In this document: one piece after another, positions 39,007 to 48,564 of the stretch
How positions within the stretch are numbered: position 1 is the stretch's first letter
Layout of the letters: every line of letters begins with the position of its first letter
Assembly (NCBI GenBank): GCA_963809485.1
Contig: CAWEJX010000007.1
Span: 32,001-96,000, forward strand
Length of the DNA stretch: 64,000 bases
DNA from: an uncultured Acidobacteriota bacterium
GTDB lineage: Bacteria; Acidobacteriota; UBA6911
Reading direction: 5' to 3'
The notes under the pieces: generated by a model
What the model was told of the DNA's origin: nothing
The model's input: the letters and a program-made list of their open reading frames with translations, nothing else
Databases searched by the model: none
Program-made: the position numbers and the translations under genes

Positions 39007-39512
39007 CGCTCCAACTCCTCCCGGCTGCCGGCGACATGAACTCCGGCGAAGGTTTTGAGTTTTTCCGAATTTTCGAGATCGATCGGCCGTGGAAATATCC
39101 TGACCGTTGCTCCGTGCGTGTCCAACGAATCCACTTCGGTGACCAAATCCGTGGGGTAAACGATAACCGGCACCCGGGATTTGCCGGCTTGCGCAAACAG
39201 ATTGGTTACCAGGGTGTCGGAGATGCCGTGAACAAATTTCGCCACGGAGTTCGAAGTGGCCGGAGCAATTACCAGCACCGAGTACATGCCGCTGTAAAAG
39301 CGCGCCACCAGAGGCGAGCTGGCCTTCCCCTCGCGATAGGTCCGGATATTGGGAATATCGATGCGCACGCTGAGTTTGTATTTTTGCATCACTTCATCGC
39401 CGGCCCGGGAAAGGAATACATCCACTTTCGGTTGTTTCAGGAGCACCTGGACACAATCCTCGAGGCCGTGCCCCGCACCTGTAATTGCCCACGCAATATG
39501 TTTTTCAGCCAT
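38985..39512 (-). CDS. AfpA/DmrB-like flavoprotein (putative dihydromethanopterin reductase)
   Basis: AWAITGAGH, APATSNSVAKFVHGISDTLVTNLFAQAGK, PRPIDLEN. Confidence 0.85.
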   Translation of the reverse strand: MAEKHIAWAITGAGHGLEDCVQVLLKQPKVDVFLSRAGDEVMQKYKLSVRIDIPNIRTYREGKASSPLVARFYSGMYSVLVIAPATSNSVAKFVHGISDTLVTNLFAQAGKSRVPVIVYPTDLVTEVDSLDTHGATVRIFPRPIDLENSEKLKTFAGVHVAGSREELERCLATCL

Positions 39513-39637
39513 AAGACCTCCTCACAGGCCTCTTGAGGTTTTGCAGGCCGCAATATCAAGAATGACACAAAGCACCTTCATTTTGCTACCCGCGCATCTG
39601 AGCGACAATAACCGTTTCTATTTGCGGCGGCTGTTTG

Positions 39638-39693
39638 CAGGTATCACACCCGCAAAGCCGGGGCCCTTGATTTATGAGCCGCTCAAAGCGGCT
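39638..39693 (-). repeat. Degenerate end of the IS200-like element
   Basis: CAGGTATCACACCCGCAAAGCCGGGG...GAGCCGCTCAAAGCGGCT aligns with CAGGTATCTCCGGCAAAGCCGGAGG...GAACCGCTCAAAGCGGTT. Confidence 0.6.
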
Positions 39694-39704
39694 TGTACCT
39701 TATT

Positions 39705-39781
39705 GTCGGGATCGCAATCGGCTTCGGTATCGATACAGCCTTTCGTTTCCCGATTTCGACTCCGATCTCGATTCCGACCCC
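39705..39781. repeat. ATCG-rich hexamer-periodic inverted repeat (REP-like)
   Basis: GTCGGGATCGCAATCGGCTTCGGTATCG ... CGATTTCGACTCCGATCTCGATTCCGAC. Confidence 0.6.
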
Positions 39782-40010
39782 AATAGCCCCAGCGGCTGCA
39801 GCGCCGAAAATTCCTGCATAAGATACAATTGAAACACATCGCTCAAAAATTTCTTTAATATCATGGAGGCGCTTACAGCTCCGGTGGTTCGTACCTTCAT
39901 TTTTCCTGACGCCCGCAAAAAAAATCAAGTTTGCGGGGGACTAACCGTCTACAATGGATTCAAGCAGAGTTGTGGATCAGCAAATTCGCAGGCGCAAACG
40001 GAAACGATAA

Positions 40011-40493
40011 ATGCTCGATGCGGCCGCGGTCATCATAGGAATTGTTCTGATGCTCCTCGGACTGGCCGGAAGCATCCTCCCGATGCTTCCGGGGCCGCCG
40101 CTCAATTTTGCCGGCCTGCTGCTCCTGGCCGTATCCAGACACTTCTCCCCGCCGTTGACACCGGCTCTCATCATCATCCTGGGCATCGTCATGGTTCTGG
40201 TGGCTGTCATGGACCACATAATTCCGCTGATGGGCGCCAGAAAATACGGAGCGTCGAAATGGGGAATCTGGGGTTCCGTGCTGGGTATGCTGATCGGCAT
40301 GTTCGGTTCGCCCCTTGCCATGCTGGCGGGAGGCTTTGCCGGAGCCGTGATAGCCGAGTGGTTTGTACATAAGAAAAAAAAGGAAGCTCTCAAAGCAGGG
40401 TGGGGCGTAATGGTGGGAACCCTGTTTGCCACAATTCTGCGGTTGGGCGTCGCAGGGATTATGACCTACTATTTTATCATGGCAATATTGTAA
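40011..40493 (+). CDS. DUF456-family membrane protein
   Basis: GLAGSILPMLPGPPL, GARKYGASKWGIWGS, FAGAVIAE. Confidence 0.88.
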   Translation: MLDAAAVIIGIVLMLLGLAGSILPMLPGPPLNFAGLLLLAVSRHFSPPLTPALIIILGIVMVLVAVMDHIIPLMGARKYGASKWGIWGSVLGMLIGMFGSPLAMLAGGFAGAVIAEWFVHKKKKEALKAGWGVMVGTLFATILRLGVAGIMTYYFIMAIL

Positions 40494-40627
40494 GCAGGCG
40501 CGGGCAAATCGTGTAAGCCGCGCTGACTTTAGTTTGTTTTGAGGCGGGTCCCAATAACGGAAAAAATGGAACGTTTGCACATTGAACGTTGCATGCAGGC
40601 ATATCGAGTGCTCAAGAACGGGATGTC

Positions 40628-40759
40628 CGGAAGCGCCTCATCGGCTTTTGCTCGCCGACCCGCGCCGAACAAATCGGCGTTTGTCAGCGCTTTTGTCAGC
40701 GTTTCTCAGCGTTTCATAATACGGAGCTGTCAAACTCTTTGAGCCCCCCGGCAGAGCCG
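40628..40759 (-). mobile_element. Partial copy of the IS200-like element
   Basis: CGGAAGCGCCTCATCGGCTTTTGCTCGCC...TCAGCG repeats...ACGGAGCTGTCAAACTCTTTGAGCCCCCCGGCAGAGCCG. Confidence 0.8.
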
Positions 40760-40783
40760 TCCTCACCTAAATCCAGCCAGGCA

Positions 40784-41869
40784 TCATTTCAGCCTAAGCA
40801 TGGTGTCTTCCGAGGAATTTCCCAGCAGAAGACGGTGCCAGGCACCGCCACGGCTGGTTTGAATCCGCTCCAAAGTGCCCGCAGCGGTTACAGCCTCTCC
40901 GGCTTGCGCCTGCTCGCAAAACCTGCCCCGGAACGACACAATCTCGGTCAGAGTGTCAACCGGCGTCCCATTGAGGAAACGCACGCCTGAAATATTGTAC
41001 CGGCAAGGAGTAAAAATCGCCTCCCGGTCATCCACGATGGACGCGGTAATGACTGCCTGTCCCATCGGGGCGTAGCGCAATTGCCCATAGGCCGGGCCCG
41101 TCTCGCGGATCCCTTTGATAAACCGGACAAAATAGGGGCGCGCCCGGAAAACGCCCTGGTTCACCTTGCGGTTTTCCAGCTGCACAAATTCGTCAAACGG
41201 CATGCGAGTGTCGGCGGTCCGTTGCGCATAAAGCTCTCTGACGCCCTGAGCATCAAGCCGGCGCAGTTCTGCAACGGAAGGCTCGTCCAGCAGTCTTTGA
41301 AGAACCCTGTAAGCTTTGCGGCAGTTTTGCGCCCCGAACACGGCGATATCCAGGTCCGATTCTGCGGTGTGCATCCCGATAAGCAGGGACCCCGTAATCC
41401 CGAGGCCCGACCATGGTATCCCGGCTTCTTTGCGCAGCAGTCGGGCGAACGCAGCCGCATCCTCTTCGGGCCCCTGGAGGCCGCCCGCTTTCACAAGCTC
41501 CATGAGCCGCGCGCGGGGATCATAGATTCTCTGAACCAGGAATCTGGGAACACTTTGCAGTGTGGTTCCGAAAACCGCGTCGTAGACAAGGTAGTGAGAG
41601 TTCCCTCCAAGAAATTCCTCCTGTTCGGAGAAATGGTATAAGCGCCGGAACAGCACTCCGCCCTTCTTTCTAATCCCGCGCTGCGCATCCGGGGCATAGC
41701 GCAGAACCGCTATCCAGCGGTCTTCCGGGTGCTCCCAACCCTTGACTGCGAAAAACAGCCGTTCACGGGTTTCCAGATAAAAACTCTCGACCGCCTCCAC
41801 GGAGGCAGCCCGAGGATTCCTAAACCGGTTGTCAGGCGTCATCCCTTGTTTGTTCCCATCGTGCTTCAC
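40784..41869 (-). CDS. Pol-beta-superfamily nucleotidyltransferase-like protein (archaeal COG1665-like)
   Basis: FFAVKGWEHP..LRY, GITGSLLIG...SDLDIAVFG, SFRGRFCEQA; start uncertain. Confidence 0.75.
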   Translation of the reverse strand: MKHDGNKQGMTPDNRFRNPRAASVEAVESFYLETRERLFFAVKGWEHPEDRWIAVLRYAPDAQRGIRKKGGVLFRRLYHFSEQEEFLGGNSHYLVYDAVFGTTLQSVPRFLVQRIYDPRARLMELVKAGGLQGPEEDAAAFARLLRKEAGIPWSGLGITGSLLIGMHTAESDLDIAVFGAQNCRKAYRVLQRLLDEPSVAELRRLDAQGVRELYAQRTADTRMPFDEFVQLENRKVNQGVFRARPYFVRFIKGIRETGPAYGQLRYAPMGQAVITASIVDDREAIFTPCRYNISGVRFLNGTPVDTLTEIVSFRGRFCEQAQAGEAVTAAGTLERIQTSRGGAWHRLLLGNSSEDTMLRLK

Positions 41870-41932
41870 GCAAGCGCGGGGAAACCGCCCTGGTGCAGCG
41901 TCCGGCCGGGTTCTGCGGCATGGTTCTCCGAT

Positions 41933-42415
41933 TTACATGAAGGCCTTGATCAGCTCGGTCTGAATGGATTTAAGACTTGAATTTGCCTGATCCAGTTCCG
42001 CGATCTTTGTCTCGAGAGCGCGTATCAGGGCGCGCTTCTCGAGGCCGTTCTTGACCGCCACCAGCAGGTTGTCGTTGTCCCAGGGTTTTTCGATGTACTG
42101 GTAAAGGCCCACGGTATTTATAGCCCGGATTGCGTTTGCCTTGTCCGCGTATCCGGTCAGAAGCACGCGCACCGCCTGCGGCTGTATTTCCTTAAACCGG
42201 GAGAGAAACGTGATTCCATCCATTTCAGGCATCAGGTAATCCGTAATAACCAGATCAATTGCCCGGCTCCCGGCATCCGCAAGTGCGGCGCTGGCTGAGG
42301 TGTGGACGATGACGCTGTAGTCAGACCGCAGAAGAAACAGGTTGCGCAACGCTATCGTCACAAGCTCCTCGTCATCCACAATCAGCACGGTCGGCCTGTA
42401 TTCATCCATCGTCAT
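41933..42415 (-). CDS. Response regulator receiver with short coiled-coil tail
   Basis: LIVDDE, ITDYLMPEMDG, LLTGY, EKPW. Confidence 0.92.
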   Translation of the reverse strand: MTMDEYRPTVLIVDDEELVTIALRNLFLLRSDYSVIVHTSASAALADAGSRAIDLVITDYLMPEMDGITFLSRFKEIQPQAVRVLLTGYADKANAIRAINTVGLYQYIEKPWDNDNLLVAVKNGLEKRALIRALETKIAELDQANSSLKSIQTELIKAFM

Positions 42416-42446
42416 TCTCCGCTTCAGGATACCACTCCATTTTCAG

Positions 42447-42878
42447 CTAGGCATCTTTGTCCAAAGCCACGGCGAGTTCGCGCAGTCGCTGGACCAGGTT
42501 ATTGAACAATCCTGCCGTAAGCTCGACATGATCCGCAAGGACATCGTAAAAATCTTCACGCGGGACAAACAGCAGGCGCGACTCTTCGACTGTTTCCGCC
42601 GTTGCCAGGCGCGGCTCGCTGTTGACAAGAGCCCACGCTCCGAATGTGCCCTGGGGCAAGACCCGGTCCAGAAAACGCCCGGCCCGGCTCATGCGCACGG
42701 AGCCCGAAACGACTATGTAAAGCCCGTCGGGAGGATCTCCTTCCGCATAAAGCCTGTGCCCGGGAGGGAAGGTGATTTCCTGCGTGATCGCCGCAAGATA
42801 CGACAGCTGTTCCAAAGTGACCTGCGAAAAAAGATCAACGTCCTGAAGGAACAGGGTTTTTTCCAAATTTGTCAGCAT
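42447..42878 (-). CDS. Stand-alone cyclic-nucleotide-binding-domain protein
   Basis: LEKTLFLQDVDLFS, EGDPPDGLYIVVSG, FG..AL..EPRLATA; AAAGGA RBS. Confidence 0.88.
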   Translation of the reverse strand: MLTNLEKTLFLQDVDLFSQVTLEQLSYLAAITQEITFPPGHRLYAEGDPPDGLYIVVSGSVRMSRAGRFLDRVLPQGTFGAWALVNSEPRLATAETVEESRLLFVPREDFYDVLADHVELTAGLFNNLVQRLRELAVALDKDA

Positions 42879-45660
42879 AGGGAAGTCCTTTCGTGTTCGT
42901 TGCTGATATTCGATCGAGCGCCCAACCGGCCATTTCACGGACATGCGGATCCCGGTTCCGCAGCAGCTGCCGGCAGATGGGCTCCATATCACGGTTGCGC
43001 TCTGACCCGACGGCATACAGCGCACAGGTCCTGAGCCATGGATCCGGCTGCTCCAGGAGCATACTCAGTGCCTCGTTCTTCGCGGGCACATTCAGGCTGA
43101 AAAAGCGCGCTGCCCGTGCGAGCAGCCGCTCAGGGGATTCCTCTTCCAGCAGGGGCATGATAAGCGGCTTGAAATCCTTTCCCAGAATGTTTTCCAGAAA
43201 TTCAAGCGCGGAAGCCCGCCGCGCCCTGTCCTGTCTCTGCAAGGCGGAATATGCGAAATAAATATCCCTCTGCGGGTAGATGAGCCCAAGAAGTCTGAAA
43301 ACAATTTCCAGCTGTTCGGCCAGGCGCTCCCGCAAAATTCTTCCCACCAGGCTGCCCTCAGTCCTGCTTCCGTTGGCTTCGAACGCCCGGCTCAGCGCCA
43401 GTTCTTCATAATACGCCATGATCTGGGCAACGGCGTGCACCTCGATGAACCGATGATGGCCGGGCAGGTCGGGATTTCCGGCATGCATCCGGCTCAAGGC
43501 TTTGACGATCAAGTATTTCAGTCGAAAATCGCCGGCATTGAGATTTTCCACCAGGCTTCCGCCCGCGGACGCATCCGGAATACGCCCCAAAATCCAGGGG
43601 ATTTCCCTGCGAACGGCCGGATCCCGGTTCTCATCGGCTAGCGCAGCGGAAAGATCGGCGACGATCCTTGTCCCGAAAAAGACCAGCGCCTGCCGGCATG
43701 CAGGCCTCAGCTCCCTGTTCGACAATAGCGGCAGGATCTCGGGCACAAGCTCCAGGCGCCCCGTTTGTCCGGATGCCATAACCGCCGCGGCCACTACCTC
43801 CGGACGCGGATCCCTCAGAAGCTGATGCAAAAAGGGCACGGACAGGGCTTCGGGGAGCCGGCCAGCCAGCCGGGCTGCCGCTTCATGCGCCGTGACGGAT
43901 TCAATCCCGTCTATGGACAGAAGGCTCCGGATCAGCTCCATGGATGGCCGGAAGGTCAGATCAGGCAGGACGGCGGCACAGCGGCCGGCTGCGATTCGAA
44001 TATGAGGATTCCGGTGCCTCAACAGCTCCTGAAGCCGGCCGGCCGTCCTGTCCGGATCGTGGAGGCACAGATACTCCATCGCCGCCGCACGGACCCCCTC
44101 CGATGAATCCTCCAGCAGGGCTTCCGCATCCGCTGCACGGCTGCCCGGCAATGCCTGCAGCGTGCGGGCCGCCTCCGCCCGCACGAGGGAGGATGGATGT
44201 TTCAGCAGGGGCAGCAGTTGAGGCGAAAAATCGTATTCCCGGGCCGATTGGAGCAGTCCCAGGGCGTACAGGACCTGCCGCTCCTGCGGACTCTCCAGCG
44301 CCGAGACCAGCAGATGAAGAGACGCGGGATCGGTGACATAACGGTTGATTTCGGACAAGTCCACGTCACGGAGGGTCAGCTGCTGCCGGAAGGCTTCCAC
44401 ATAACTCCTGCGCAGTTTCAGCGCAATTATGGCGCTTGCGACGGTCAAGGCGGCCACTATCAGCGCCGTGCCCTTCAAGCCGAGCGGCATGTAGCGGGAG
44501 GTCAGCGCAAGAATGATAAAAGCCGCGATAGCCTTGCCGGCACGATCCGCGAACACGTCTATGAACAGTTTGACCCTCCTGCGCATGCCAGCAGAAAGCG
44601 GCAGGTAAAGCAGTTCGGAACCGGTGCGATTTATGGAGTAGCGGAACACCGAGTCGCATCCGAGCGCAACTGCGGCCGATCTGAGCGAAGGGGCGAGGAA
44701 AACACCCAGAGAGGAGATCCCCAGACCGACCGGCAGGAATAAGACGGCAGCCCAGATGCCCAACCGCTGGATAACGAAATGAGTCACACCCATCTGGATC
44801 CCGATGCCGATCAGGCTGGTTACCCAGTTCAGCCGTGCGCGGAAGGATTTGATCTCAGATTCCATGAGCTGTTTCGGCAGGTTTTTGAAATTCTCCTGGG
44901 CCGCATAGTCCAGCTGCCAGTCCGCAATCTGCGAAGCGATCATCGTCAGGAGCATCAGAAGGATCATGAGCCTGAGCAGCCGGGAGCCGGACACGGTTCG
45001 GAACATGTCCCGCGTTCTTCCGGAGGAATCAAAACCCCTTGCGGACTCCCTGGCTGCAATTACGTTCCGCAGGCGGTGCCGCCATACGACCCGGGCCAGC
45101 GCGATCAAAGCGAGGCAGAGGACGGCGCAGATGTTCAGCATCGTGGCCGTGCTTTGGTGTTTCAGAAGGTCCGTGATCAGGCTGCCCGCAATAGCGCCCG
45201 CAAGAGCGCCCGCGCCGAGCAGTCCGTAAATTCGCTTGGCCTGACGGCCGTCAAAAACATACCCTGCAAGCAGCCAGAATTGGGCGACGCAGAGCACGGA
45301 AACAATCTGCACAAACATAAAATAGACGTAAGGCATAAAAGGAAGCTGCCTGGCAATCGCCCACTGCAAAAGAAGCAGGCTCCCAATGACTCCCAAATGC
45401 GTCGATGTCACCAGGCCAACCGCCGACAGGCGGCGGCCCAATTTGTGCACCAGAAAGATCAGCGGGCCGGCAATCAACGCGGTCAGCAGATAGGCTTTCG
45501 GCAGGTCGCTCGCGGGGATTTCGCTCAGGAACAAGGCGCTGCGCAGGGGCTTAAGGATGTAATTGAAAGCCATCAGGCTGAAAATATAGGAGAACATGAG
45601 GCTCGTGGCCATGCTCTCCCCGGGCCTGATCTGCCGGAATTTGCCGATCCTTTCGAGCAT
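42835..45660 (-). CDS. Npt/TLC nucleotide-transporter-like MFS domain fused to HEAT repeats
   Basis: YILKPLRSALF, QFW...RQAKRIYG, RYSINRT..ELLYLPL...KLFID...R; C-terminal HEAT repeats. Confidence 0.88.
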   Translation of the reverse strand: MLERIGKFRQIRPGESMATSLMFSYIFSLMAFNYILKPLRSALFLSEIPASDLPKAYLLTALIAGPLIFLVHKLGRRLSAVGLVTSTHLGVIGSLLLLQWAIARQLPFMPYVYFMFVQIVSVLCVAQFWLLAGYVFDGRQAKRIYGLLGAGALAGAIAGSLITDLLKHQSTATMLNICAVLCLALIALARVVWRHRLRNVIAARESARGFDSSGRTRDMFRTVSGSRLLRLMILLMLLTMIASQIADWQLDYAAQENFKNLPKQLMESEIKSFRARLNWVTSLIGIGIQMGVTHFVIQRLGIWAAVLFLPVGLGISSLGVFLAPSLRSAAVALGCDSVFRYSINRTGSELLYLPLSAGMRRRVKLFIDVFADRAGKAIAAFIILALTSRYMPLGLKGTALIVAALTVASAIIALKLRRSYVEAFRQQLTLRDVDLSEINRYVTDPASLHLLVSALESPQERQVLYALGLLQSAREYDFSPQLLPLLKHPSSLVRAEAARTLQALPGSRAADAEALLEDSSEGVRAAAMEYLCLHDPDRTAGRLQELLRHRNPHIRIAAGRCAAVLPDLTFRPSMELIRSLLSIDGIESVTAHEAAARLAGRLPEALSVPFLHQLLRDPRPEVVAAAVMASGQTGRLELVPEILPLLSNRELRPACRQALVFFGTRIVADLSAALADENRDPAVRREIPWILGRIPDASAGGSLVENLNAGDFRLKYLIVKALSRMHAGNPDLPGHHRFIEVHAVAQIMAYYEELALSRAFEANGSRTEGSLVGRILRERLAEQLEIVFRLLGLIYPQRDIYFAYSALQRQDRARRASALEFLENILGKDFKPLIMPLLEEESPERLLARAARFFSLNVPAKNEALSMLLEQPDPWLRTCALYAVGSERNRDMEPICRQLLRNRDPHVREMAGWALDRISATNTKGLPYADKFGKNPVPSGR

Positions 45661-46127
45661 CGATCTCCTCTGCACCCCCGAAAACCGGAGTGCTCAGACG
45701 GCGCAACGTGTTTCCGCTCTCATTCCGGATTCCGCAACCAGCCCATTTCCTGCACCCCATCCGGGCGGCATGCGGTTCCCGGCGCTCCAAAGCTCCGTGC
45801 GGTGAGTTCCAGATATCATTTCATGCCCCCCCAGGCCGGAGGATCGCCGGACTGATCCGGGACCCGGTTTTGATGTCCACAGGCGGGCGTAAGGTTAGGA
45901 GCGAGAAGCACCTGAACAAACCCGGGCTTCTCGAGGAATAGCGGGCAAGGATTTCGAGGTGAGGGGGAGACCCGGTCCCTCCAGACTACGCCCAATAACA
46001 CTAATGTAATATCGCCAGCGGCGTTTGTGAAACGCCCCTGTCAAAAAATATGCAAGCCGGGAAGCCACAGGCCCTTGCCTTTCCTGATGCATCATGAAAT
46101 TCTTACTCTATTGGTGGCCTGTGGCCT

Positions 46128-48023
46128 ATGGAGAAAAAAACACCGGCTCTGCATTCGGAGAAGGACGAGCGCAAATCCGCCGAGGAGGAATTGCAGCGGG
46201 AGCGCAATTTTGTTTCGGCAGTGCTCGACATCCAGGGCACGCTGGTGGTTGTCCTGGACACCGCCGGGAGAATCATCCGTTTCAACCGGGCCTGCGAACA
46301 GACTACAGGGTTTAGCTTCGATGAGATCAAAGGCCGGCCCTTCTGGGAGATATTTCTGGTGCCCGAGGAGGTGGAGCGGATCCGCGGGGTTTTCGAACAG
46401 TTGCGCTCGGGCAATTTCCCCAACAGCGCGGAAAATTTCTGGCGGACCAGAAATCGCGGCCTCAGACTGATATCATGGTCCAATACCGCCATGGTCGACA
46501 CAGCAGGTACTGTCGAATATGTGATCGCCACCGGCATCGACATCACCGACAGGCGCAGAGCCGAAACGGAACTGGGGAGAGCCCACGTTCAGCTGGAGCA
46601 GCGAATCGCGAAACGGACGGCCGAGCTGGCGGCCATCAACGAGCAGCTGCTGGAAGCCGAAAGAAAGCTGCGCAGGCAAAACGAAATTCTTGCCAGACTG
46701 GTGCGATACCAGGCTCCCGAAGAGGACGACGGCACCGGCATGCGGATCCTTACGGAGGCCGCTACGGAAGCCCTCGAGGTGGAGCGGGCATCGGTCTGGC
46801 TTTTCAATGACGGGTTTTCGAGCATCGTCTGCCTGGACCTCTTCGAGAGAAGCCCTTACAGGCACTCGAGCGGAAATGAGCTCGCCGCGGTCGATTACCC
46901 GGAATATTTCAAGGCCCTCGCGGAACAGCTGGCCATTGCTGCGGATGATGCACGCAGGGACCCGCGCACCAGCGAATTCACCCCTTCTTATCTGAATCCG
47001 TTGAAAATCACCTCCATGCTCGACGCCCCGATCTGGGTCGGGGGCCAAATGGTCGGGGTTCTTTGCCACGAACATGTCGGCGAAGCGCGCCATTGGACTC
47101 TGGAAGAACAGCAGTTCGCCGCATCCCTGGCGGATTACGCCTCACTGATCCTTGAAGCTCAGCACCGGCGCCGCGCCGAAGCTGAACTGCAGCAGGCGCA
47201 CGCTCAACTCGAGCGGCGCGTGGAAGAGCGCACCGCCCAACTGCGCGCGGCACAGGCTCAGCTGGTCCAGTCGGAGAAAATGGCCTCCCTGGGCATGCTG
47301 GTGGCCGGGATCGCACACGAAATCAATACTCCCGTAGGCGCCATTCAAAGCATGCACGATACGCTTCAGCGGGCAGTTCAAAAACTAAAGGGACTGCTTG
47401 ACCCGGTCTGCCGGCGCGGTGAGTCCGATGGCGCCGCGATCGAGACAATCATGAGCATAATCGAGGATGCCACCCTGGTGATCGCATCCGGTTCCGGCCG
47501 GGTCGCCGACATCGTGCGGCGGCTGAGGAGCTTTGCACGGCTGGATGAGGCAGAACTTAAAATAGCGGACATCCACGAAGGATTGGAAGATACCATGGCG
47601 CTCCTTCACCATGAGATCAAGCACGGAATCACGGTCAAAAGAAAATATGGCGACATCCCTCCGTTTGCGTGCTACCCCGGACGGCTCAACCAGGTCTTCC
47701 TCAATATCCTGATCAACGCCCGGCAGGCAATCGCGGGGCAGGGTGAGATTTCCGTTACGACGTACCAGGAAGGCAATCGGGCCGTTGTAGAGATTGCCGA
47801 CAACGGGTCCGGAATAGCGCCCGAACACCTGAGCCGCATTTTTGATCCGGGCTTCACGACCAAAGGAGCCGGCGTCGGAACAGGCTTGGGCTTGTCGATA
47901 TGCTATCAGATCATCGGGGATCATCACGGAGAGATCCGCGTTTCGAGCGAGGTCGGCAAGGGGACGGTCTTCAGGATTATCCTGCCGATGAATTTGAAGC
48001 CGAATTCCGGATCTTCTGTTTAG
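46128..48023 (+). CDS. PAS-GAF sensor histidine kinase
   Basis: PAS (FNRACEQTTG), GAF (SMLDAPI..GVLCHEH), H-box AGIAHEINTP, NQVFLN, DNGSG, FTTK..GTGLGL. Confidence 0.93.
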   Translation: MEKKTPALHSEKDERKSAEEELQRERNFVSAVLDIQGTLVVVLDTAGRIIRFNRACEQTTGFSFDEIKGRPFWEIFLVPEEVERIRGVFEQLRSGNFPNSAENFWRTRNRGLRLISWSNTAMVDTAGTVEYVIATGIDITDRRRAETELGRAHVQLEQRIAKRTAELAAINEQLLEAERKLRRQNEILARLVRYQAPEEDDGTGMRILTEAATEALEVERASVWLFNDGFSSIVCLDLFERSPYRHSSGNELAAVDYPEYFKALAEQLAIAADDARRDPRTSEFTPSYLNPLKITSMLDAPIWVGGQMVGVLCHEHVGEARHWTLEEQQFAASLADYASLILEAQHRRRAEAELQQAHAQLERRVEERTAQLRAAQAQLVQSEKMASLGMLVAGIAHEINTPVGAIQSMHDTLQRAVQKLKGLLDPVCRRGESDGAAIETIMSIIEDATLVIASGSGRVADIVRRLRSFARLDEAELKIADIHEGLEDTMALLHHEIKHGITVKRKYGDIPPFACYPGRLNQVFLNILINARQAIAGQGEISVTTYQEGNRAVVEIADNGSGIAPEHLSRIFDPGFTTKGAGVGTGLGLSICYQIIGDHHGEIRVSSEVGKGTVFRIILPMNLKPNSGSSV

Positions 48024-48060
48024 GCTGCATGTCCGTCAACAGATTCCCGGCAGAGTTGGG

Positions 48061-48463
48061 AGTCAGGTATCTCCGGCAAAGCCGGAGGCTTGAAAGATTT
48101 GAACCGCTCAAAGCGGTTGGAGGAGTTACGCCGGTCTTGAACGCTGACTTACGCGGGCAAAAGCCGATGAGGCGCTTCCGAGCCCCGCAGGGGCCAGCGC
48201 TCCGCGCTGGACAGTTTTCTGCGGCGGTTCTGTGGCAAGCGCCGTGCGGCAAGGAGATGAAGAGTAGGAGAAACCGGGCGTTTGCCACAGTGCCGCCACA
48301 GAAAACTCCATCGGAAGCGCCTCATCGGCTCTTGCTCGCCGACCCTCGCCGAACAAATCGGCGTTTGTCAGCGCTTTTATCCGCGTTTCTCAGCGTTTCA
48401 AAATACGGAGCTGTCAAACTCTTTGAGTCCCCCGGCAGAGCCGGGGCTTTACCAATGTAATTA
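48061..48463 (-). mobile_element. IS200-like non-autonomous element, full-length ~400-bp copy
   Basis: AGTCAGGTATCTCCGGCAAAGCCGGAGG ... CCCCCGGCAGAGCCGGGG..ACCAATGTAATTA with nested internal inverted repeats. Confidence 0.85.
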
Positions 48464-48564
48464 GCGATGCATTCAGGCGCCGGATGCTTGGCGCTGCTCT
48501 AGATTCCTTTGCCGCGGGATTGATGTAGCCGCCCGGTCGCTTTACTCCTATAATCGCCGTTTAT

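Noticed and set aside
21791-39512. Methanogenesis or archaeal Wood-Ljungdahl pathway
   Set aside because: No mcr, mtr, mer, cdh/acs or Mo/W FwdB in the window; Mtd is the bacterial NAD(P) type and the context is bacterial
42835-42878. Frameshifted NTT-HEAT-cNMP fusion
   Set aside because: The cNMP ORF has its own AAAGGA RBS and a typical MLT.LEK start, so two genes is the simpler reading
47900-48464. Repeated small ORFs (e.g. MNADLRGQKPMRRF..., ..RFKIRSCQTL) at 9238, 19174, 27850, 40539 and 47900
   Set aside because: These are translations of the palindromic repeat; frames and lengths differ between copies and there is no RBS or HUH motif
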